Source: Candidatus Woesearchaeota archaeon
GTDB lineage: Archaea; Nanobdellota; Nanobdellia; Woesearchaeales; ARS49
Reading direction: 5' to 3'
Assembly: GCA_018303245.1 (NCBI GenBank)
Contig: JAGVYM010000010.1
Location: 1 to 33,688, forward strand
Length of the DNA: 33,688 nucleotides
The notes under the pieces were generated by a model. It was not told the origin of the DNA. It was given only the letters and a program-made list of their open reading frames with translations, and did not search any database. Both the position numbers and the translations under genes were made by a program. Shown piece after piece: positions 20,676-28,583 of the stretch. The first letter of the stretch is position 1. Each line of letters opens with the position of its first letter.

Positions 20676-20790
20676 TGGGCCCGAGGAGACTCGAACTCCC
20701 GACCACTGGTGATCTTAGCCATCCGGGTTTGTTGTTTGTGCCAGATGTGGTCGTATAAGACCAGCGCTCTACCAGCTAAGCTACGGGCCC
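20676..20790 (-). tRNA. tRNA-Ile (anticodon UAU) with a 42-nt intron at the canonical 37/38 position
   Basis: Minus strand: GGGCCCG TA GCTT AGCTGGTA GAGC G CTGGT CTTATA [42-nt intron] C ACCAG TGGTC GGGAG TTCGAGT CTCCT CGGGCCC A. The mature length would be 73 nt. CCA is not encoded. The splice junction is ambiguous by 1 nt because of C/C. Confidence 0.85.
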
Positions 20791-20815
20791 ATAGGTGGGA
20801 GTTCGAAGAAGGCAG

Positions 20816-20823
20816 TTTTAAAG
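20816..20823 (-). promoter_or_regulatory. TATA box for tRNA-Ile
   Basis: The minus-strand CTTTAAAA lies 25 nt upstream of the tRNA 5' end. Confidence 0.5.
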
Positions 20824-20840
20824 CTTGTGGCTATTAAGGT

Positions 20841-20865
20841 GGAAAAAAAGTAAAAAAGTAAAAAA
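20841..20865 (-). terminator. oligo-T terminator after the lipoprotein-like gene
   Basis: The minus strand reads TTTTTACTTTTTTACTTTTTTTCC immediately after stop 20866-20868. Confidence 0.5.
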
Positions 20866-21972
20866 TTAACTCATCGTGCCTTCAATCGAGTCACGCCAGG
20901 CGTCAAAGTCTTCAGTGGTGATGAAGATGTGTGGCGGCAGATCCACGATGCGTGGGTCAACCGGAGTGTTTTTGACACCCCAACGCTCATAGGTCGAGGA
21001 GATGGTATAACTCTCGCGATCAAGCAAGGTTCCGTCTGCAGCAAGTTTATCGATGACTACGGGCAGCTCGTGCGAGTCGAAATAAAACTTGATCTTGGCA
21101 CCTGCATGCTCCGCGTGCAGATAGGTGTTCTCGCCATCTTTTACAATACGTTGTTCGCTGCTCTCTTTGCTGGTGAACGTGAGAGACAAGATGGAGATAA
21201 GTTTTCCCGCAGGAAGATTGATTGATTGGTCGCTTGTATCAACTTCAAGGGGAGTCTCGCTTGCGTAGTTTGCAAATGTATCAAGGGGGCTTTTCACATA
21301 ATAGGGCAGGATGAGCTTGAGGATATTGCCTGCGCTGATCCCTCCTGCGCGGTAATATTGTTGTTGGAAGTATTTGAGGAATTCAATAGGTATCAGGGAC
21401 GCGTCTTGTTTTTTGTCTCCAGTGAGGTGGAGCTTGATAATTCCTGCAGGATAGAGCGAGGCTCCCAAGCTGCCCATGCGTTTTGTGGTGGACATTTTTT
21501 GGTTCTTGTACGTGTCCCACCAGTGTGCGGAGACGTCTCCGACCCAGACATTGAGCGTGGTGTCCATTGTGTCCCAGTAGAGAAGTCCGGGAGCAGCAAA
21601 GGGCCATTCGCCGGTGCTTCGTTTGGTTCCAGATGCGTAGACGATGTGTGCTCCGTCGGAGTAGACATAGTTTGTGGGCGCTTTTTCAAGGAGTGATTGT
21701 GCGAGTTTTTTGATCGGAGGAAGAGGTGCAGGTGTTTGTTCGATTGGGGTTTCGATAACCGCGGGCATCTCAATCGCAGAGTCTATGGTGGGTGCTAGCT
21801 GTAGTGCTTCCGCGCGCTTTTCTGGTGCCGGGCAATCTGTAGGGAATTCGGCGAAGCTTCCGTCGCTGCACTGGACTGCGAACACGACTGCTCCGGTCAG
21901 GGGGGATTGGTTTTGACATGCTGCTAGTGTGAGCAGGAGAATGGTTAATGTGCACAACGCGATGGTTCGCAT
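20866..21972 (-). CDS. secreted lipoprotein-like protein
   Basis: Start is set to ATG 21972, with AGAGGTGA 5 nt upstream; the track uses GTG 22029. MRTIALCTLTILLLTLAAC is a signal peptide with a lipobox-like LAAC. The mature part has no recognised family. Confidence 0.7.
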   Translation of the reverse strand: MRTIALCTLTILLLTLAACQNQSPLTGAVVFAVQCSDGSFAEFPTDCPAPEKRAEALQLAPTIDSAIEMPAVIETPIEQTPAPLPPIKKLAQSLLEKAPTNYVYSDGAHIVYASGTKRSTGEWPFAAPGLLYWDTMDTTLNVWVGDVSAHWWDTYKNQKMSTTKRMGSLGASLYPAGIIKLHLTGDKKQDASLIPIEFLKYFQQQYYRAGGISAGNILKLILPYYVKSPLDTFANYASETPLEVDTSDQSINLPAGKLISILSLTFTSKESSEQRIVKDGENTYLHAEHAGAKIKFYFDSHELPVVIDKLAADGTLLDRESYTISSTYERWGVKNTPVDPRIVDLPPHIFITTEDFDAWRDSIEGTMS

Positions 21973-22161
21973 AAAGTTCACCTCTTTTTTTATTTTGCAA
22001 AACAAGACGCAAAACAATTTTTTTGGCACGCCTCGGTTTGTTGAGACTGTTACTCTAAATTAGTATATAAAAGTAATGTATTACTATACGAATTAGTGAT
22101 TTTTGTATACTGGCTGATTGGTGATTTTTCTCACAGAGTGAGCGGAAAGAAGGTAGCTTAT

Positions 22162-23832
22162 TTATTTAGAGAGGTTGTGGCCGCGGTGGCTGTCAACCAT
22201 TAAGAAGAGGTGGTTTGCTTTGTATTTGAACTCGTCGGCAGCGACTCTTGTGAGGATTCCTTTTTTCTTCAACTCATCGATATAGCTTAGAATCTGGTCG
22301 CGGCTCAAGCTTTCTTGCCGTAAATCTTCGAACTCGCTCGCTCCGATCGGTCCCAAAAGTTCGGAGAAAAGCTCTGCGAGTTTTTTCTCGATTTGGTCTT
22401 TGGTTGAGAAGAGCACTCTGATTGGTTTTATTTCTTTGACAGGTTTTAAGGGCAGGGTAAAAAAGAAAGTGGTTCCTTTTCCGACAGCGCTTTCAAGCCA
22501 GATTTTTCCGTTCTGTGAAAGCACAATTCCTCTGCATATTGCAAGCCCAAGTCCGTTTCCTCCATTTCCTCGGTACATAGTTTGCTCTGCCTGGAAGAAT
22601 GGCTCGAAAAGTTTGAGTTGGTCTTTGGGCGAGATTCCGACTCCTTGGTCTTTGACGCTGAAACGGATGAAGTCCCGCTCGAGTTGTGCGGTGACAAGGA
22701 CAGTTGTTTTTTCTTTTGAGAACTTGACTGCGTTGCTTAAGAGGTTGCGTAGGACTTGGGTGAGTCGGTCAGGATCTGTTTCAATGATGGGAAGCTTGCC
22801 GAATTTTTCAGTTATTATGATGTGTTTCTTAGGCATGAACCCTTGCATGTACGAGATGACTTCGCGCGCGGTTTTTGCCACATCGGTTTTTTTGAAGTTG
22901 AATTTGAGGCGCGCCGCTTCGATGCGCGAGATTTCAAGGAAGTCAGCTATTATGGTGTCGAGTCGGTCTGCGTTTCGCATGATGACTTGAAGGCCGTCTT
23001 TTTGTTTCTTGTTGAGCTTGCCATAGTATCCCTGTTCGAGCATTTGGAGCTGTGCTTTCATGGGCGTCATGGGGCTGCGAAGTTCGTGTGACGTGATGCT
23101 TAAGAATCGTGTTTTTGCCTGATCGATTTGTTTACGTTCCTCGTCGAGTTTACTTAATGCCTCGGTTGCCGTGTCGAACACGGTTCCGAGTTCTTGGAGT
23201 TCGTCGTTGGTCTGGATGTTTGCTTTTGCCTTGAAGTTTCCTTCGGAGAGCTGGTGGGCGGCGGTGTAGAGCTGCTTTATCGGCTGGGTGAGGAGTTGGG
23301 TTGAGTGGTACGCGGCTGCGAGTGCTATGGCTGCGCTCGCCAAGACGAATATGATGATAGTAACAAGTCCCTTCGGCAGATAGTTATAGGAGGTAGGAGG
23401 GGAGATGAGGCCCATGCGCAGGGTTCCTTTCGTTCCAACAGGATAGGCAATATCGTGGATGGTGCCTTCGGGAGTTTGGAGCATGAGTGTGTTTGTGGCA
23501 TGTTCGAGCGAAGGACCGTTCGCATGGATGATTTCTGGAGAGACGGGTTGTGCTTGGGCTACTACTCCGCGCGCATTTGTGATGAAAACGTATGCGATTG
23601 ACGGGTCGCTTTTTTTGAGTGTTGTGAGTTGTGCTTGGGCTTCGAGAAGGTTGTGGCTTGAGAGCGCGGGGAGTGTCTTTTGTACGGCTTGAAGTGCAAG
23701 GGCGTTTCCGCGGGCATGCATTTCCTCGGTGCGGATGTCGGCGAACGTTTTCCAGGAGATTGATACTGCGGTAAGTGCGAGAAAAAGAATGATTCCTACG
23801 CTAATCAAGGTGAATTTGGTGCGTAAGTGCAT
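22162..23832 (-). CDS. membrane sensor histidine kinase (2 TM, extracellular loop, HAMP, HisKA, HATPase_c) with an extra ~85-aa C-terminal extension
   Basis: HAMP: PIKQLYTAAHQLSEGNFKAKANIQTNDELQELGTVFD. H box: SHELRSPMTP. N box: LLSNAVKFS. G boxes: DQGVGI and GNGLGLAI. Start is set to ATG 23832 on the basis of a TATA box and GAGG; the track ORF begins at 23910. Confidence 0.9.
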   Translation of the reverse strand: MHLRTKFTLISVGIILFLALTAVSISWKTFADIRTEEMHARGNALALQAVQKTLPALSSHNLLEAQAQLTTLKKSDPSIAYVFITNARGVVAQAQPVSPEIIHANGPSLEHATNTLMLQTPEGTIHDIAYPVGTKGTLRMGLISPPTSYNYLPKGLVTIIIFVLASAAIALAAAYHSTQLLTQPIKQLYTAAHQLSEGNFKAKANIQTNDELQELGTVFDTATEALSKLDEERKQIDQAKTRFLSITSHELRSPMTPMKAQLQMLEQGYYGKLNKKQKDGLQVIMRNADRLDTIIADFLEISRIEAARLKFNFKKTDVAKTAREVISYMQGFMPKKHIIITEKFGKLPIIETDPDRLTQVLRNLLSNAVKFSKEKTTVLVTAQLERDFIRFSVKDQGVGISPKDQLKLFEPFFQAEQTMYRGNGGNGLGLAICRGIVLSQNGKIWLESAVGKGTTFFFTLPLKPVKEIKPIRVLFSTKDQIEKKLAELFSELLGPIGASEFEDLRQESLSRDQILSYIDELKKKGILTRVAADEFKYKANHLFLMVDSHRGHNLSK

Positions 23833-23867
23833 ATGTTCCTCTTTTAGTGCAGAATATCGAAGGAGAG

Positions 23868-23876
23868 TATTTAAAG
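23868..23876 (-). promoter_or_regulatory. TATA box for the histidine kinase
   Basis: The minus-strand CTTTAAATA lies 35 nt upstream of ATG 23832, with AAGAGGAAC just before the ATG. Confidence 0.45.
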
Positions 23877-23899
23877 TCTTTGGAGAAGGTAAGCGTGGT

Positions 23900-24418
23900 C
23901 TACTTCTCAATCACGATTGTTTTCTCGACGTACATGCAGCAACGGGGAATGAATTTTTCTTGTTCGTTGAGCGCGTAGAAGACTGCTTTTGTTTTGGTCT
24001 CGCGGATTTTGTTGAGCAGCACAAAGATGAGGTCTTCAACGCCTTCTGTTTCTTTGTAGCTAAACAGGTTGGTTAGCGAGTCGAAGACAAGGTAATCGTA
24101 TTCTTGCTGGATGATGGTGTGGAGCGCAGCGAACGCGTCTGAGATGGACGTAGGGCTTACGAAGTAGCATTCTTTTGGGATGTCTTTTGCTTCTTTGAGC
24201 GAGCGGGTTATGGCGTCGACAAACAGGATGTTGTCAGTCTTGATTTTGTTTTTTTTGAATAGTTCCTTCAAGGCCCCGTATGTCTTGTTCAAGGTGACAT
24301 AGCAGACGCGTTTGTCGCTTAATGTCTTTATGGTTTCAAGAACGATTTTATTATACTCGATGCCAGGCATGAGTAAAAGGATGGTCTGATTGTCGGAGAG
24401 TTCTTTGATGATGTCCAT
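23900..24418 (-). CDS. P-loop-less KaiC-like domain protein (DUF835-like), copy 3
   Basis: RVCYVTLNKTYGALKELFKKNKI, DYLVFDSLTNL (Walker-B-like) and TKAVFYALNEQE follow the KaiC-like block order. No Walker A. It starts 2 nt after the CheY gene. Confidence 0.6.
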   Translation of the reverse strand: MDIIKELSDNQTILLLMPGIEYNKIVLETIKTLSDKRVCYVTLNKTYGALKELFKKNKIKTDNILFVDAITRSLKEAKDIPKECYFVSPTSISDAFAALHTIIQQEYDYLVFDSLTNLFSYKETEGVEDLIFVLLNKIRETKTKAVFYALNEQEKFIPRCCMYVEKTIVIEK

Positions 24419-24420
24419 GA

Positions 24421-24771
24421 TTATGCCATCTTTTTTACTTTTTTGATGAGTTCGTTGATGTCGAACGGTTTTTGGATAAAGTCGATGATGTTGCCGTTCG
24501 AAAGAAGTTGTTCACGTTCCGCGTCGCTTGTCCGCACTGCGCTGCAATATACAATCTTGATTCCTTTGATTTTCTTGACGATGTCGCGCACCGGGGTTCC
24601 TGGCATCATGATGTCAAGCAGGATGAGGTTTGGTTTGACAGTCTCAAGTTTCTTCAAACAGTCATCACCGTCAATCGCCAAGATGGTGTTGTAGCCTTCA
24701 CGCTCGAGGATGGTCTTGATTGTCTCACGGATATCTGCCTCATCGTCGACAATCATGATAGTCTTGGGCAT
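24421..24771 (-). CDS. stand-alone CheY-like receiver protein
   Basis: IMIVDDEADIRE, LILLDIMMPG (phospho-acceptor Asp), YCSA and FIQKPF (conserved Lys). Confidence 0.9.
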   Translation of the reverse strand: MPKTIMIVDDEADIRETIKTILEREGYNTILAIDGDDCLKKLETVKPNLILLDIMMPGTPVRDIVKKIKGIKIVYCSAVRTSDAEREQLLSNGNIIDFIQKPFDINELIKKVKKMA

Positions 24772-24795
24772 GGTGCTTGCAGAACTTGTTTTCGC

Positions 24796-24803
24796 ATTTA
24801 AAC
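24796..24803 (-). promoter_or_regulatory. TATA box for the CheY operon
   Basis: The minus-strand GTTTAAAT lies 24 nt upstream of ATG 24771 (leaderless geometry). Confidence 0.45.
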
Positions 24804-24864
24804 GTTTCGTTTGCTGGACCTTGGCTCAAAGAAAAGACGGTAGTTAAAAGCAAAGTTTTAGCAA

Positions 24865-25317
24865 TCACATTAAGTTTTTCATCTTGTTCCATTTCTGGAC
24901 GGTGAGGCTCGTATCGTCTTGGGTTTGAACCTCGAGGCTTTCGATTAAGAGTTGGCCAACTGGTCCTTTAGGCAGGACTTTTTGCAGTGTTTCTTGAAGT
25001 GCTTTGAGGAATTTTTTGGCTTGTGCTTGTTTGGTGAAGTGAGCGTTGAGTGCTACGGGAGATTCAGTCATGGCTTCGAAAAATCCTCCTTTTTCAAAGA
25101 GGAATCGTTCGTATGATTTCTCGCCGATGACATCCATGCCTAAGTAATACATCGTCTGCTTCATTTTTTTCTCAAGGAGGTTTACAAATTTGACGAGTTC
25201 GTCGCGTGCGCGTTCCTGTTCTGCAAAGTCCTGTTCGAGGCTTTTTTTCTTTCTGACTTCAAACGGCAAAAGTTCTCCTACATCAAGCAATGGGACTGAA
25301 AAATGGTTGGTGTTCAT
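24865..25317 (-). CDS. hypothetical protein translationally coupled to the V4R gene
   Basis: 150 aa. ATGA overlap with the V4R gene stop. No motif recognised. Confidence 0.6.
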   Translation of the reverse strand: MNTNHFSVPLLDVGELLPFEVRKKKSLEQDFAEQERARDELVKFVNLLEKKMKQTMYYLGMDVIGEKSYERFLFEKGGFFEAMTESPVALNAHFTKQAQAKKFLKALQETLQKVLPKGPVGQLLIESLEVQTQDDTSLTVQKWNKMKNLM

Positions 25318-25799
25318 GGTGACCTCCTAATCGTGCATTCAAGGACAGAGCCGCTGATTTTAACAGTGCAGTCCATGTTGGTTTTGAATAGGAATGAGAA
25401 CATTCCAGCTAAGGCCGCGCAAGGTAGGATTCCATGTTCTGGACCAAGTTTAACTGATGGGTTCCGTAGTGGGCAGTCCCTGATTTTGATGGATGCTGTT
25501 TTTTTTGAGTTGTCAAGCGCGTTGATTTCGGGTTTTCCTAATCCGAATGTTTCAAAAATTTCCTCAAGGACTTTGAGCAAACCCTCGCTAGTGGACCCGA
25601 CTTTTTTCGCGTAGTCTTCCATGCTGGAGTTGATTGTTTTTTTCACAAGGGTGTAGGACTTTTTTGGATCAACGCTTTGCAGCGCGACGAGTACTTCTGC
25701 CGGTAGCATAACTTGTTTCTTTCCGAGAATCTCTATCTTTCCGTCCGAAAGATCGAGTTGGCGTGCGAAAAGAAGTTTTTTGAGGAACGGTGAAAGCAT
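25314..25799 (-). CDS. V4R (4-vinyl-reductase-like) small-ligand-binding domain protein
   Basis: The N-terminal LLFARQLDLSDGKIEILGKKQVMLP hairpin and the Cys-bearing core CPLRNP...GILPCAALAGMFSFLF...C resemble V4R/XylR-N-type proteins (COG1719-like). Assignment by eye. Confidence 0.65.
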   Translation of the reverse strand: MLSPFLKKLLFARQLDLSDGKIEILGKKQVMLPAEVLVALQSVDPKKSYTLVKKTINSSMEDYAKKVGSTSEGLLKVLEEIFETFGLGKPEINALDNSKKTASIKIRDCPLRNPSVKLGPEHGILPCAALAGMFSFLFKTNMDCTVKISGSVLECTIRRSP

Positions 25800-25821
25800 A
25801 TTGTGAAAGAGAGAGGTTCTG

Positions 25822-25900
25822 TTTTAAATAAGTTCGTGTTTCTTAGGTTTTGGCTGTGTTGTTGTTCCCCAGGCGTGAAAATAGGAAATGTTTTTATAAA
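25822..25900. promoter_or_regulatory. divergent promoter region between the V4R and FIST operons
   Basis: The minus-strand TATTTAAAA (25822-25830) lies 22 nt from ATG 25799. The plus-strand TTTTTATAAA (25891-25900) lies about 100 nt upstream of FIST ATG 26002, which has an AGAGGT RBS. Confidence 0.4.
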
Positions 25901-26001
25901 CGAAACAATTAAGGACTCACGTCGAAGGTATGAGGTGATGCCAAAACGCCGGTTAGTTGCTTGTGGCGGATTCTCTCCTGTTCGTCAAAAGAGGTAAGAC
26001 T

Positions 26002-27303
26002 ATGAATAAGCAGAATCTTGTTGTCGGAATTGGATGTTCTAAAAACAAAGACGGTTACGTTGCCGCGTGCGATGCCGCCGGGCAGGCGCTCAAACAGCTT
26101 GGAGGCAAAAAGCCAACAATCTCTTTTGTGTTTTACGCAGGAGAATACAATCCTAAATCGCTTAACAAAGGGTTTCTTAACGTTCTCGGGAAGACTGAAT
26201 TTGTCGGTGGATCAACTGATGCAGTCATTTACAAGACTGAAATCATTCCTGTGGGTGTTGTTGTCTGCTCGTGGTATTCGGAGTATTTGCACGTTGGTGT
26301 TGCATCTTCTGATAATGTGCGCAAGAATCCGTATGCTATTGCCAAGAAAACAGTGCTTGATGCAGTTCACAAGATTTCAGTGGATAAATATCTCGATTCG
26401 TATATGCAGTTTGCCCGCATGAAAAAGGAAGACTTGGCTAGTCTGACAAGGATTCCGTCTTTTTTCACGTTCTTGTTCACTCGTGGATATGAGCAGAACA
26501 GGATGGGGAATGAAGATATCATCATCGAGGGGACCGCGGATGCGATCGGACATTATATCCCTATTTTTGGAGGATCGCTTGGTAATAATATGGACAAAGT
26601 TTTCAGAGGCGAGCCGTACGAGATTTATACGTTCCATTCAGGAAAAATCTACAAGGACGGTCTTGCAGCAGTATTTGCATATTCAGGTCTTGTGTACAGC
26701 AATTCAATCGCGCACGGCGGCGAGCCCATGGGGAAGCTTGGCTACATTTCGAAAGTGAAGGGTGGTGGTTTTGTCGTTTCAGAAGTTTGTGACAAGCCCA
26801 TAAAGCAGTGGTATGCCGAGACGTTAGGAGTGCCGCTTAAGAAGTTCGTGAAAAATATTCTTTTTTACACGCAGAAATATCCTCTTGGATTCCCTGATGG
26901 GTACGGTAACATTGTTATGCGCGCAGGTGGTGTTCCATTTGGCAATGATCTTTCCTACATTGCACCGTTCAGGGAGAATACTCCGGTCTGGGTGATGAAT
27001 ATTGAGGCTAACAAGCTTATTGTGAAGGCGCCGGAACAGATTAAGAAGGACATCAAGCAGCATCTTGGCAAGGCTCTCACGCCGCTGCACACGTTTGTCG
27101 TATCCTGTTCATCGCGGCGCAGGATTCTTGATTCGAAGAGCTCGAAGAAAGAGCTTCAGACAATCGCGAAGATGTCAAAGTTACCCCTTGTTGGGTTTTG
27201 CAGTTTTGGCGAGATAGGTTCCCGTCCTGCTGAGACGTGTCATTACAATCATCTCTGTACGAATCTGTTCAATTTATACAATGAAATCCTGCCGGATCTC
27301 TAG
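26002..27303 (+). CDS. FIST-domain sensor protein (FIST_N plus FIST_C)
   Basis: Start at ATG 26002; the track uses TTG 25957. SFVFYAGEY...FVGGSTDAVIY is FIST_N-like. PLVGFCSFGEIGSRPAETCHYNHLCTNL matches the FIST_C ending (GfytyGEi....fHNqT). Confidence 0.8.
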   Translation: MNKQNLVVGIGCSKNKDGYVAACDAAGQALKQLGGKKPTISFVFYAGEYNPKSLNKGFLNVLGKTEFVGGSTDAVIYKTEIIPVGVVVCSWYSEYLHVGVASSDNVRKNPYAIAKKTVLDAVHKISVDKYLDSYMQFARMKKEDLASLTRIPSFFTFLFTRGYEQNRMGNEDIIIEGTADAIGHYIPIFGGSLGNNMDKVFRGEPYEIYTFHSGKIYKDGLAAVFAYSGLVYSNSIAHGGEPMGKLGYISKVKGGGFVVSEVCDKPIKQWYAETLGVPLKKFVKNILFYTQKYPLGFPDGYGNIVMRAGGVPFGNDLSYIAPFRENTPVWVMNIEANKLIVKAPEQIKKDIKQHLGKALTPLHTFVVSCSSRRRILDSKSSKKELQTIAKMSKLPLVGFCSFGEIGSRPAETCHYNHLCTNLFNLYNEILPDL

Positions 27304-27308
27304 GACTT

Positions 27309-28583
27309 ATGATGCAAGAGACTGCTTTTGGAGAATTGCATGCCGATGAGCAGTTGGTGCACGATTTCGAAATGCAAAGGGCGCGCGATGAAGTGCGTCT
27401 TCGCGAGATTCTTGATTCATATCCTGACAAGAATAATATAGACCCTGACACGCTTCCGTCTGAAACTTGGGGCTTGCTTGCCTGGGAATTCATGGACCTT
27501 GGTTTGAGGGATCGGATACTTGCAGGGATGTTTCGTCATTCGCTTGCCCGCGCGAAAAAAGCGATGCCGATTTATGAACAATCGCTTGCGTACGTTGATG
27601 TTTGTCCTGAGCTTTTTGAGTCGATGGAACAGCTTGTGCAGATTCCTGTTCTGGTAAAAGATGGCCTTCATGGCTTTCGGCAGAAAGTGCGGTCAAATCC
27701 TTCGCTGTTGCGTCCAACTGATAAAGCTGTCCTGATGACGCCGTATCTTTCCGGGGGGACCGGGATTGATAACCAGACTGTTGGTAAATCTACACCGACG
27801 TGGATTAGTGAGCGCGATCTGGAAAGAGAGAGTCTTGCGCTTGCGTTCCGCTGTTTTCTTCCGGGTGGTTTTTCAAAAGCGATGAAGTTTATGAATTTTT
27901 ACAATCTCGCACACAAGGGGGGCGAGGAAATCAAGCGTGCAATCAACCATTTGGGTGCGCAGGTTTTCCTGCCGCGCAGGCCCGAGGATAGCGTTGAACA
28001 GTGCCTTGAATATATGGACCTCTTTGGCATCACCGCGCTTGCGGCTGTTCCTCAGTCCCCTCGTGATAAGAAAGGAGCTCCTAAAGGAGGTGCAGTTTCA
28101 TTCGACGATCTTTATGCTCGTAAGGCTGAGCTGTTCGGAAGCAAAGGAACAGTCAAGAGCGCGTTTGTGACCGGGTTTGCCATTCCTGAAAGTGTAATCA
28201 ATCTTGCGCAGCGAAATTCGCTCAATCTTTTTTCAACGTGGGGCGCAAGCGAAGCGATTCCTGGTGCAACATCGACAGTTCTTGGCCCGCCTACTCGTAT
28301 TTGTAAATACAATAATCAGCATCTGCTGTATTTTCCCCATTATCTTGCAGTAATGGATTTGACGGGTGCGCAGCCACGTTTCTGCCAGCCAGGTGAGGAA
28401 GGATTGCTTCTTGTGACAACAATTGCTCGTGATGGGACATTGTTCATAAACTATGCCATTGGGGACAGGGCAACAGTAATCTCCAATCACTGTGAGTGTG
28501 GAAGGACAACACCAGTGATAGGCAAAATCCGTCGTGAGGATAACCCTGGTGAACTCTCAAGTGGAGGATGCAGGTACGCATGA
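27309..28583 (+). CDS. PaaK / coenzyme-F390-synthetase / LuxE-like adenylate-forming enzyme lacking the C-terminal subdomain
   Basis: IPVLVKDGL is a ligase N-terminal motif. TPYLSGGTGIDNQTVGKSTP is a P-loop SSGTTGKPT with an insertion. GLLLVTTIARDGTLFINYAIGDRATVISNHCECGRTTPVIGKIRRED matches GELVxTxL...PxIRYRxGD...CxCGR...GRxDD. The ORF ends 12 aa later. Confidence 0.75.
   Translation: MMQETAFGELHADEQLVHDFEMQRARDEVRLREILDSYPDKNNIDPDTLPSETWGLLAWEFMDLGLRDRILAGMFRHSLARAKKAMPIYEQSLAYVDVCPELFESMEQLVQIPVLVKDGLHGFRQKVRSNPSLLRPTDKAVLMTPYLSGGTGIDNQTVGKSTPTWISERDLERESLALAFRCFLPGGFSKAMKFMNFYNLAHKGGEEIKRAINHLGAQVFLPRRPEDSVEQCLEYMDLFGITALAAVPQSPRDKKGAPKGGAVSFDDLYARKAELFGSKGTVKSAFVTGFAIPESVINLAQRNSLNLFSTWGASEAIPGATSTVLGPPTRICKYNNQHLLYFPHYLAVMDLTGAQPRFCQPGEEGLLLVTTIARDGTLFINYAIGDRATVISNHCECGRTTPVIGKIRREDNPGELSSGGCRYA

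Noticed and set aside
20634-20837. Track ORF 20634..20837 (+).
   Set aside because: It is antisense to, and almost entirely covered by, the intron-bearing tRNA-Ile gene and its promoter.
21226-22012. ORFs 20929..21225, 21226..21696, 21383..21607, 21393..21773, 21674..21916 and 21770..22012.
   Set aside because: They are nested in, or antisense to, the 387-aa secreted protein ORF, which has a signal peptide, an RBS and a terminator.
22030-22161. The AT-rich intergenic region, with the near-palindrome AGTAAT-GT-ATTACT and GTATATAAAAG, considered as a special element.
   Set aside because: It is most simply a promoter/terminator spacer between the secreted-protein gene and the kinase 3' end. 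There is no repeat structure beyond a 6-bp inverted repeat.
22400-24076. Plus-strand ORFs within the histidine kinase and adjacent gene (22400..22990, 22756..23091, 23305..23601, 23459..23692, 23729..24076).
   Set aside because: They are antisense to a kinase gene with a complete H/N/G-box set and show no motifs.
24865-25317. The 150-aa protein next to the V4R gene considered as a Roadblock/LC7-type partner.
   Set aside because: I could not match the sequence to the Roadblock/LC7 pattern by eye. It is left as hypothetical.
25938-25997. A 19-codon upstream ORF (MPKRRLVACGGFSPVRQKR) in the putative FIST leader.
   Set aside because: It has no RBS and there is no conservation information. It is equally explained by chance, and the true TSS is unknown.
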